A DNA stretch of 64,000 nucleotides from a virus. Position 1 is the first letter of the stretch, and each line of letters opens with the position of its first letter. This document shows positions 1-7,972 of the stretch, piece by piece. The stretch lies in the IMG/VR virus record IMGVR_UViG_3300013099_000002, positions 1 to 64,000 of that record, one strand, 5' to 3'. Under the pieces are notes generated by a model. It was not told the DNA's origin. It ran no database searches and saw only the letters and a program-made list of their open reading frames with translations. Made by a program: the position numbers and the translations under genes.

Positions 1-231
1 AAATAAATATTTAATTTATTTTAATTGTTCTGAACCAGTTTTATACATCAATGTTACGCGGTCATAAGTATTCAACAAATTAGCTTCATCAGTTTTTGAC
101 CATTTATTTCTTCTTGAATCAACAAAAACCGCACCATTATCCCATTCAGCTTTTACGTCAATGGTTCCCATGTTTAAAAATAAGACAATTGTTTTCATAA
201 TGATTTAATCCGTTTTGGTAAGTGTAGGTCT

Positions 232-259
232 ATTATACCGTTATAATTTCAATTGTCAA
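232..259 (-). promoter_or_regulatory. conserved early promoter
   Basis: TTGACA-16-TATAAT. Confidence 0.85.
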
Positions 260-266
260 ATCTTAT

Positions 267-563
267 TTAATATAGTCCTTCGCTATACAGTTCTTTTATT
301 TCACCACCATTCCTTTCTACATCCAATGATTGCTTATTACCAAGCACAATTTCCATAGCCTCAAATCTATCCATGAAGGTTCCAAACTGGTCAATAAATC
401 CTTGTATTTCTTTATCCGGTGGTAATTGGTCTTTGTTTATAAATCTCAAAATCTTATGCATTCGCTTATCGTAATGCCTTGCACTACAGATAATTAATTC
501 ACCGTACTTAATAGCGGCACAAACCACCACCCGTTTTCTACCATTTTCAGTTAATCGCACCAT
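267..563 (-). CDS. conserved phage hypothetical protein
   Basis: 98 aa; VVCAAI...RH...QGF...ELYSE motif pattern typical of a widespread phage family; overlaps the polA stop. Confidence 0.6.
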   Translation of the reverse strand: MVRLTENGRKRVVVCAAIKYGELIICSARHYDKRMHKILRFINKDQLPPDKEIQGFIDQFGTFMDRFEAMEIVLGNKQSLDVERNGGEIKELYSEGLY

Positions 564-2971
564 TCTGTATTCTCCAATTCAAGTTCTTCTAATTCAGCCA
601 TGTTATTTATACCTATTTCTATATCTACAGAAAAGGGTATTTGGTGGTTCCACCCGAACACCTTTTTAAGTGGCAAGTTTTCCATAGTATCCTTCATCCT
701 GTGTGCCCATAATTGAACTTCATCTTTAGGAACATAAGCAGTTATAGAATCATGGGTAAATCCATTAACCCAAAGTTCAGGGTATTTTTTGCTTAATTTA
801 GCAATCGCATATAAACCAATATCAGATAAAGTTGATTGCACCGGTGCATTGATAGCTTGACGTTCCTGCTTTGCCACAACAGACCTGTCGTATGAGTTTA
901 TTAAGGGTAGGTGCCTAATGCGCCCCAGTGGGCTTCTAACAAACCCATTCGCATGTGCATAAGCTATGTATTCCTCATGGTACATTAATATTCGTGGGTT
1001 TTGCTCAAAGAAAGTATCCCGAAACTTAACCGCTTCTTTTAAGGTTAAATCAACACCATAAGTTTTCTTGGCATAGATAACAAACCCCTCTGCAGACATT
1101 CCATAAATAAGTCCAAAGTTTCCAGCTTTGCCACCTTGTCGAATCATCTTTATGTCAGGATGTTTTTCTGCTTTCATTGCCAATGCTTCTTCCAGCTCAA
1201 TACCGTAAACTGAAGCACCGGTTATTAAATGCATATCTATACCTTTACGGTAAGCATTCAACATATTTTCTTCATTAGATATACAAGCCATTACCCTAAG
1301 TTCACCTTGAGAGTAATCGCCATTTAATATCACCATATCTTTAGGCGGTGTATAAACCGTTCTAAGAGGTTTTGCCCATATTGTATGTTTTGGTATTGTT
1401 TGATAGGCAGGGTCTTTTGCAGATGTTCTTCCGGTTACTGTACCGGCATCATCCCCTGAATCACCGTACTCACCTTTATGAAGCATATAAGTTGGATGAA
1501 ACTTACCATCTGTACGAAGATGTTTTAGAAACCCAACAATATAAGTAGACATTGTTTTAGAAGCAGAATTGTAGGCTGATAATAATTCCACCAATTCCTT
1601 AACCTTCTCATATTTTTTTCCTTTCTTATGCGAAAGTTGAATAATATGCTCCATTGCAGTTGAAGGCTTACCGGTTTTTTCCGTCACCATAATAGGTGTA
1701 AGCTTCAACCCATGGTGGTTATTAAATAGATAGTCCTTTATCATTGAGGGGCCTATAGGACTTTTTGTTTTGCTATGTTTTACCCTAAGTTGCATCGGCA
1801 TAAATGCTTTAGCCGTGTTGCTTGTTCGTGTAATTTCTTCTTGGACTTGATGACGTAGTACCTCGTATTGAGCAACGTCAACAACCATACCCCTTTGCTC
1901 CATAATTTGAATAGCTTTTGTTGCTGGATGTAAAAGCTTAATATAGAAGTTACGCAAAGCGGTATCTTTTCCCAATAATTTTTTAAGTGATTTACCAACT
2001 TGTAAACCAGCATCAGTATCGCCACCAGCATAATTAAGCAAATCGGTATCATTAACCAAATCCATTCGAGACTTGTCAATTTTGGCGTTGAATTCGTCAT
2101 CATAACCTCCAATCCTAGTGTATATTTTAGCGTGGTTGTTTAAACTATTTGAGCGGTTTTCATCCAACAATGAACCTACCAAAGTGGTATCCATTTTAAA
2201 AGAACTAAATTTAGTTATACCCCAGTGGTTCTGCATCCAGTTCATATCAAATTTAAAATTAGCACCCTTTAAGTTTATTATCTTTGAATCAACCAACCAT
2301 TTTATCTGCTTCAATAACATTACATTTATAGGCTGTATATTGGGTTCTAAGGTGTCGTAAAATTTACCTGCCGGTTGTTTATCATCATTAGCAGAATCGA
2401 AGCGTATAAGGTGCGCCTGACCGTTTTTAAAAGTAACTGATATGGAAACAATAAACACCCCATCTGTCCAAGGGTCTAAACCAACGGTTTCTAAATCTAT
2501 TGATATTTCTACAGGATGTTTAGTTTCTTTATTTATTCTTTTTATTTCTGATATGGTTTCAGTAAAATCATCCACCCATTTATACTCACCAAGAACCGGT
2601 TGTAGTTTTCCGGTTAATGCTTTCCTAATACATAATTTAACATCCCAAAGAAGTTCAGGCTTCTTACCATAATCCACCTCAATTATTGAAGGTGAATAAG
2701 TAAAGAACATTGAGCATTTACCAGAATGCAGTTTTAATTCTTTGCCACGCATGGAGCCGATTTTTCTACCCTTTGGAAGAAGCGAAGCCTTCTGTATAAT
2801 TTCCAAAGCTTGTTGCCCCATACCTAGTACAACATCCCCGTGTTGCATCTTCGGTAAGGTGTTTCCAATTGGAACCTGAATAAACTCCATTCCACAGTTA
2901 TAAAGTGCGGTTCCAATTGCTTGTTTAAGTGTTGCTGGGTGTGCTGAACTCCAAAGTAATAATCTAGGCAT
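551..2971 (-). CDS. polA: DNA polymerase family A with 3'-5' exonuclease and a degenerate N-terminal UDG-like domain
   Basis: ExoI DLET, ExoII NFKFD, ExoIII YAGGD; motif A DYSQGELR, motif B RQGGKAGNFGLIYG, motif C THDS. Confidence 0.95.
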   Translation of the reverse strand: MPRLLLWSSAHPATLKQAIGTALYNCGMEFIQVPIGNTLPKMQHGDVVLGMGQQALEIIQKASLLPKGRKIGSMRGKELKLHSGKCSMFFTYSPSIIEVDYGKKPELLWDVKLCIRKALTGKLQPVLGEYKWVDDFTETISEIKRINKETKHPVEISIDLETVGLDPWTDGVFIVSISVTFKNGQAHLIRFDSANDDKQPAGKFYDTLEPNIQPINVMLLKQIKWLVDSKIINLKGANFKFDMNWMQNHWGITKFSSFKMDTTLVGSLLDENRSNSLNNHAKIYTRIGGYDDEFNAKIDKSRMDLVNDTDLLNYAGGDTDAGLQVGKSLKKLLGKDTALRNFYIKLLHPATKAIQIMEQRGMVVDVAQYEVLRHQVQEEITRTSNTAKAFMPMQLRVKHSKTKSPIGPSMIKDYLFNNHHGLKLTPIMVTEKTGKPSTAMEHIIQLSHKKGKKYEKVKELVELLSAYNSASKTMSTYIVGFLKHLRTDGKFHPTYMLHKGEYGDSGDDAGTVTGRTSAKDPAYQTIPKHTIWAKPLRTVYTPPKDMVILNGDYSQGELRVMACISNEENMLNAYRKGIDMHLITGASVYGIELEEALAMKAEKHPDIKMIRQGGKAGNFGLIYGMSAEGFVIYAKKTYGVDLTLKEAVKFRDTFFEQNPRILMYHEEYIAYAHANGFVRSPLGRIRHLPLINSYDRSVVAKQERQAINAPVQSTLSDIGLYAIAKLSKKYPELWVNGFTHDSITAYVPKDEVQLWAHRMKDTMENLPLKKVFGWNHQIPFSVDIEIGINNMAELEELELENTEWCD

Positions 2972-2982
2972 TTATGTTTTCC

Positions 2983-3411
2983 TCATGGTAGTCTTAGTTT
3001 TTTCCAGTCATCTATATTGGTATGCTTTTTTACTTCCGTTGCCCACATTTTTATTATGCCATGGCTTAGTTTATCTGAGCATTCCCTTATTGATAAACAC
3101 CTTCGTAGAAAGTTTAATTTTTTGTCGATAGTGAACCCGACTAATGAGCCATCAATTAACCAGTTGCTTATGTTATCGGTAGAACCATTATACATCGTTG
3201 CAAGATACAAGTTCCCCTTAATATGAGTAACAATTCCTGCTTGTTGTCGTGAGTCATTATAGAAAGATGCAATTATCTCAGTTTTTAAATGGAGTTTTGA
3301 TTTTCCTTTAAGTGTAATTGATTTAGTTTCTTTTCCAGATGCAACGTGTTTTTTAACTTTTAAATTAAGACTTATGCAATCCGCAATAGGATAGAACTGA
3401 TTCGCGCTCAT
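2983..3411 (-). CDS. hypothetical protein
   Basis: 142-aa ORF in operon, ATGA overlap with upstream gene. Confidence 0.6.
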   Translation of the reverse strand: MSANQFYPIADCISLNLKVKKHVASGKETKSITLKGKSKLHLKTEIIASFYNDSRQQAGIVTHIKGNLYLATMYNGSTDNISNWLIDGSLVGFTIDKKLNFLRRCLSIRECSDKLSHGIIKMWATEVKKHTNIDDWKKLRLP

Positions 3412-3632
3412 GGTTTTATCTCCTTAATCAGTACGGTGGTTTGCTTGGCATTTAGATGCATACGAAAGTCACACAACCAAACCCCGAAGAAGGATAAAGA
3501 AAAAATAAGACCATCCTTATTAGCTTCGGTGCATTGCCATAATACTTTTTCAAGTGATAGGCCTTTAAATAAAGTACATAGCTCAAAGACATCACCAACT
3601 TTCATAGCGTAATATTGTTTTAAAGTAATCAT
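3408..3632 (-). CDS. hypothetical protein
   Basis: 74 aa, ATGA-coupled on both sides. Confidence 0.55.
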   Translation of the reverse strand: MITLKQYYAMKVGDVFELCTLFKGLSLEKVLWQCTEANKDGLIFSLSFFGVWLCDFRMHLNAKQTTVLIKEIKP

Positions 3633-4387
3633 GCGCCTTTACCGCAAATTAAGGATAAGTCCGGCATAGGTGTTTCAAGTTTGGGTATCCCCGAAAGAAT
3701 AGCCCCCAGTGTCCGTTTAGCCATAACAGTTGTACCTACATCCAAGTGTATTGAAACATAGCCATTTTCCGCAGGGTCAACATTCAACCCAGCTATCTTT
3801 AATTCAGAAATAAATTTCAACACATTCCCCTCAACCCGAACAGATAATGTAGTGTTCTTATACCGTGCCGCTACCTTTAGGTCTGTAGATAACCCAACCA
3901 CATGATATACCGAAGAACCTGTGGTTGAAGATACAGGTTGATACATGGTTGTAGCATTAGATAAAGCTATCTTTTTATCTTTCATGTGAGCGGCAAAATC
4001 GACACCTGCAACCAAAGGTTTATTTTTTATTAAACCCCCTTCCGACATTGGTAGTACTGAAGGTGCTTTAGGTAATTTTGATGGTGATGTAAATTTTACA
4101 GAACCATTTTGCTTAACATAGGTTAATGCTTCAGCAAGTGCCTTTTTTATCTTATAACTTAATGCCTCCTTAGATGCTGAACCCAAGGTGCCAGATGTTG
4201 CCATGGATAAGGCACCAGCTTTAACAGGTACGGTTTGAATCACTATACCATCAAATAAGAACTGGATAGTATTGGTGGTTGTTTTTAAAGTACCGCCACA
4301 TTTAAGCAGTTCTTCGTATATGGCTTCCGAACAATTGAAAGCCTGTATTAGTTTAATTGGATTTTTTTGTTTCACGATAATAGCCAT
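3629..4387 (-). CDS. hypothetical protein
   Basis: 252 aa; first gene after promoter 4431-4458; SD within CCACGGAGG. Confidence 0.7.
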   Translation of the reverse strand: MAIIVKQKNPIKLIQAFNCSEAIYEELLKCGGTLKTTTNTIQFLFDGIVIQTVPVKAGALSMATSGTLGSASKEALSYKIKKALAEALTYVKQNGSVKFTSPSKLPKAPSVLPMSEGGLIKNKPLVAGVDFAAHMKDKKIALSNATTMYQPVSSTTGSSVYHVVGLSTDLKVAARYKNTTLSVRVEGNVLKFISELKIAGLNVDPAENGYVSIHLDVGTTVMAKRTLGAILSGIPKLETPMPDLSLICGKGA

Positions 4388-4430
4388 TAGTTTTTCCTCC
4401 GTGGTATAAAATAATTAGATAACAGTTTTT

Positions 4431-4458
4431 ATTGTACGCATATAATTTTAATTGTCAA
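4431..4458 (-). promoter_or_regulatory. conserved early promoter
   Basis: TTGACA-16-TACAAT. Confidence 0.85.
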
Positions 4459-4464
4459 ATTTAT

Positions 4465-5094
4465 TTACCAGATAGATAAAGAGGATTGCATACAGTCAAC
4501 TTCAAAGGTTGAGCTGAATTGCTTGGTTGGAATTGCTGATACATTATTTTTTCCAAAATCAGAATCATAGAAAGAATAATCCTTTGTTGCCTTTACTTTG
4601 TTTATGCCGAATTCTTCATGCAGGTATTCAATCTGTTTTTGTGACTCTACAGCCTTCTTACAGTAGTTATCCCGAACGTAAGTAACTGCCTCCTTATCAT
4701 TGGTTACGTTTTTATATAAAGCGGCTAATACAAGCCCTGTTCGACCATGCCCACCTATACAACCTATATGTATTTTCTGATTTGCAATCAATTGCACTGA
4801 GAGCCATTCAATTAACTTTTTAAATTCAACTGTATCTTTAGGGGTTCCCATATCCTGAATGAAGAATCCTATTTCGTGTCCAGCACTCCAAGGGTATTCC
4901 TTTTCAGTTAATTTCATGGAGGTGTCAAGACCTACATAAATATCAGCGTCAAGGTGTATTGGTTTGGAACACGAACCACCATAGACAAAGTAATTTTTAC
5001 CTTCAATAGTGATAGGTAGTGCTGGGTGTGATTCACAACACCGTTTGTGGGTAGAGGTGAAACCTATAGAGGTTGCCGGTTTTTTATAACTCAT
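4465..5094 (-). CDS. Cys-based (PTP/dual-specificity) phosphatase
   Basis: CX5R P-loop IGCIGGHGRTG; downstream AVESQKQ Q-loop. Confidence 0.85.
   Translation of the reverse strand: MSYKKPATSIGFTSTHKRCCESHPALPITIEGKNYFVYGGSCSKPIHLDADIYVGLDTSMKLTEKEYPWSAGHEIGFFIQDMGTPKDTVEFKKLIEWLSVQLIANQKIHIGCIGGHGRTGLVLAALYKNVTNDKEAVTYVRDNYCKKAVESQKQIEYLHEEFGINKVKATKDYSFYDSDFGKNNVSAIPTKQFSSTFEVDCMQSSLSIW
4783..4796. repeat. 14-bp inverted repeat, copy 1 (in PTP CDS)
   Basis: TGCAATCAATTGCA. Confidence 0.9.
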
Positions 5095-5096
5095 AG

Positions 5097-6158
5097 TTAT
5101 GCCCTTATCATTTTTACTTTTTTAACTTTCTCAATTGGTGTGACTTGGAACCAAGTTTTGTTTTCTTCGTTCAAGGCCAAATCAGCTTGAAGTTGTTTTA
5201 TTTCTTGTGCCTTTTTAATAGTGGCAAGTTTATCGGCATGGTTTTTAGGTACCCCATATTTTTTAACTTGTTCCTTTTGTAGAGAAACATAATTTTGAAC
5301 CGCCCCTAATTGTTCAACCATAAACCAATCCACGTAGCCGGAAACAGATTCGCCTAATATGGCTTGTGCCTGTAATCGGAAGTCTCGGTGTGTATTATTT
5401 ATAAAGGGGGATTCATTACCATCAATTAATTGAGGTATCTGCCCAGCACGTTGTACATCTAAAATCTTTACAATCTCATAAGAATCGTAAGATGAGAACA
5501 ACATTCCTTTATTAAATATAGGCCCGTTATTGTGACAAAGAGTGAAGGCGGTATCCATCATCATTTCAGCAGAATAAACCCCTGTAACGAAGTTGTGGAG
5601 GCATTGAGTCACCTCCCCCCATGCCTTACCACCATACCCACCGGAAAAACTACCTTCATTAAATAAATCCAATAAGTGTCCGGTGTATCTCCCAAGTATA
5701 AATAAGTGGGTAGTTTCTCTAAATCGTTTTACGGCACCGGTGGAGGATTCATGGCTTATTGATTTAGTAAATTGAATAGGGTCATCACCATGTTTTTTAG
5801 CCGCCCCTGACCAGTCGTAGTCATCGTAAACATGCCTTGATTCCCGTGTACAAATCAAAAGTAAATAATAGAACATACGAACCGCTGATTTAGATAATTC
5901 CTCTTGGTAACGCATAACCAGAATTAACTTATCTCCTAGTGGTTCGTGTTTTCCTGTGGAGGCCATCACTTCAGATAAAATATGATTAGTTAAATAAAAA
6001 TTTATTGCCTCTTCTTCTGGCACAGCATATTTAGATTGATTATCCATGTAATCATTCATAGCAGTTACAAGCCCATCAACCGGCACCATGCTTTTATCTA
6101 AGTGTTGAGTCATTGGCCTATTCATTTGCATTGCCAATGTATCTTGTTCAAGTTTCAT
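5097..6158 (-). CDS. hypothetical 353-aa, probably helical protein
   Basis: Own promoter and CACGGAGG SD; conserved-looking motifs CTRESRH, GGYGGKAW, CHNNG. Confidence 0.75.
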   Translation of the reverse strand: MKLEQDTLAMQMNRPMTQHLDKSMVPVDGLVTAMNDYMDNQSKYAVPEEEAINFYLTNHILSEVMASTGKHEPLGDKLILVMRYQEELSKSAVRMFYYLLLICTRESRHVYDDYDWSGAAKKHGDDPIQFTKSISHESSTGAVKRFRETTHLFILGRYTGHLLDLFNEGSFSGGYGGKAWGEVTQCLHNFVTGVYSAEMMMDTAFTLCHNNGPIFNKGMLFSSYDSYEIVKILDVQRAGQIPQLIDGNESPFINNTHRDFRLQAQAILGESVSGYVDWFMVEQLGAVQNYVSLQKEQVKKYGVPKNHADKLATIKKAQEIKQLQADLALNEENKTWFQVTPIEKVKKVKMIRA

Positions 6159-6190
6159 TTAGACCTCCGTGAATTGCATATCTAAGACTT

Positions 6191-6218
6191 ATTGTACTGA
6201 TATAATTTTAATTGTCAA
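6191..6218 (-). promoter_or_regulatory. conserved early promoter
   Basis: TTGACA-16-TACAAT. Confidence 0.85.
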
Positions 6219-6225
6219 ATTTAAT

Positions 6226-6714
6226 TTACATTAGCCTAACAAGGTCTCTAATATCATCCACATTTAGTTTTTCTACATAATCCATTTGCTGTTTAGTTTC
6301 AACTGCGTGTGATAGGTATTCAAGTCGGGTAAATTGTACCGGTTCTAAATGAGGATACATCACCTTAACCAAACAGGCTATAAATAATCCAGTTCTACCA
6401 ATTCCACCCAGGCAACCAACATAAATAGCTTCACCTTTATGCATAGCTACCATTGTTTTTATTAACCCACGCCTTAACTGCTCAACATTAGGAACCGAAT
6501 AATCTTCAGTCGGAACACTAACATCAAAAGGTAGGTTTATTTCTTCTGCCATTTTCACACCAAACTTATCAGATGGTCTTGCCATATAGGGGCCTCCAAA
6601 TACGAATGCCGCCCTACCACTTGGTAATTGAAAGACAATATACCCGTTATGCCCACCTTGGATATAATCACCCTCATAGGGGTACAAAGTGTTAAATGCT
6701 TCTAATAGTGCCAT
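6226..6714 (-). CDS. second Cys-based (PTP/DSP) phosphatase
   Basis: VGCLGGIGRTG P-loop; AVETKQQ Q-loop. Confidence 0.85.
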   Translation of the reverse strand: MALLEAFNTLYPYEGDYIQGGHNGYIVFQLPSGRAAFVFGGPYMARPSDKFGVKMAEEINLPFDVSVPTEDYSVPNVEQLRRGLIKTMVAMHKGEAIYVGCLGGIGRTGLFIACLVKVMYPHLEPVQFTRLEYLSHAVETKQQMDYVEKLNVDDIRDLVRLM

Positions 6715-6805
6715 TGGTTTTTTCCTCAGTTGTTTTATATGAATACGTTGCTGGGTACAAATTGGTAAAGCTTTGCGCCATCATTTACTCCGTTTAGTAT
6801 TTCTA

Positions 6806-6833
6806 ATTGTACTTGAATAATTTTAATTGTCAA
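6806..6833 (-). promoter_or_regulatory. conserved early promoter
   Basis: TTGACA-16-TACAAT. Confidence 0.85.
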
Positions 6834-7244
6834 TTATCGTTTAGCTGAACAATCTGGACAAGGTATCATACCTCGCACATCCCCCTTACCATTACAGCGT
6901 TTGCATCCATCCCCATAACAAACAGGGCATTCTTCATAAACCGTTATTCTTTTGGAATCATCACACGAATTACATTTTATTAAATGTAAGCCTATTAGAG
7001 TGCGTCTCTTGACTAAAAAAACCCAATCCTTATATCGCATATTGCCGTGGAAGTGTTTGGTCTTTACAGCCAACCACAAGGCTTCTCGTAATTGAATCAA
7101 AGTATCTTTTGAACAATCACCAAAACCTAGTAAGGTTGCCTTGTGTAAAACGTCATCAGTAATGTTCAAGTCAGATAACCTGTCAACTTCATTCCGCTTC
7201 TGCATTCGCTTTTTCCTTTTCGGCTTCACGCCATAATTTACCAC
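6834..7244 (-). CDS. protein with C-terminal DnaJ-type CxxCxGxG zinc finger
   Basis: CNSC..CPVCYGDG-CKRCNGKG..CPDC; true start may be the internal MQKRN. Confidence 0.65.
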   Translation of the reverse strand: MVNYGVKPKRKKRMQKRNEVDRLSDLNITDDVLHKATLLGFGDCSKDTLIQLREALWLAVKTKHFHGNMRYKDWVFLVKRRTLIGLHLIKCNSCDDSKRITVYEECPVCYGDGCKRCNGKGDVRGMIPCPDCSAKR

Positions 7245-7503
7245 GTAGAATTTTCAGTGTAAGTGGTGCATCAATTACCGCCTTAACCACCTCCTTTGTA
7301 ATATCCACATTATCACCAGCAGAAACTCTCACATTAGGTAAAATTTCTGTTTGATTCCTGTCAGTAATTTCGTAGATTTTATCAATACTTTTTCCAATTA
7401 CTTTAAGCTTATATCGTTTGCTGTGGTAAATCCGTTCAACCTTTACCTGAATATCATTAATATAAAAATCTGAAGTTGAGTATAAAGATATTGCTAAGGC
7501 CAT
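7189..7503 (-). CDS. CsrA/RsmA-like RNA-binding protein (apparently two CsrA-like halves)
   Basis: C-terminal VKAVIDAPLTLKILRGKLW aligns by eye with CsrA VRIGVNAPKEVSVHREEIY (A-P and the R44 equivalent kept); N-terminus resembles CsrA strands 1-3. Confidence 0.55.
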   Translation of the reverse strand: MALAISLYSTSDFYINDIQVKVERIYHSKRYKLKVIGKSIDKIYEITDRNQTEILPNVRVSAGDNVDITKEVVKAVIDAPLTLKILRGKLWREAEKEKANAEAE

Positions 7504-7504
7504 G

Positions 7505-7954
7505 TTATGCTCCCAATTTTAATAAAGTTACTGCTATGTTGGTTAGCTTCCAAGTGGAACCACCAACCTTCCCCTTAGCACTTTCAACTTTTTCAATCAA
7601 ACCTTTGTGTTGAAGTACCATCATTTTGCTTGCAGTCAAACTGCTTTTTTCTTTTACTTGACCAGCCACGGTTCCCGTTAAAATATCTTCAGGGTATCTT
7701 GATGCAATTACCCCTAAATAGATTGATAAGTTGCTACCTTTTTCCGGCAATACAACCTTAGTTCTTGGTACAGTGTGCATGATAATACCGTTAGCGGTTT
7801 CTTCATACACAACCCGTAAATACCCACATATACATTTAAGGGTTAAAGTTTGTTGTGATTCCTGCTCATACCAAGCTTGATTAGCACGGCAATGAGGGCA
7901 TGTTTCAAAGCTCATAATTTTACCTAATTTAGTGTTTGACTCCATTAAGTTCAT
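7505..7954 (-). CDS. Zn-ribbon plus winged-HTH protein
   Basis: CPHC..CICG; C-terminal TGTVAGQV..LTASKMMVLQHKGLIEK wHTH pattern. Confidence 0.55.
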   Translation of the reverse strand: MNLMESNTKLGKIMSFETCPHCRANQAWYEQESQQTLTLKCICGYLRVVYEETANGIIMHTVPRTKVVLPEKGSNLSIYLGVIASRYPEDILTGTVAGQVKEKSSLTASKMMVLQHKGLIEKVESAKGKVGGSTWKLTNIAVTLLKLGA

Positions 7955-7972
7955 TATACCAGTCCTTGCCGG

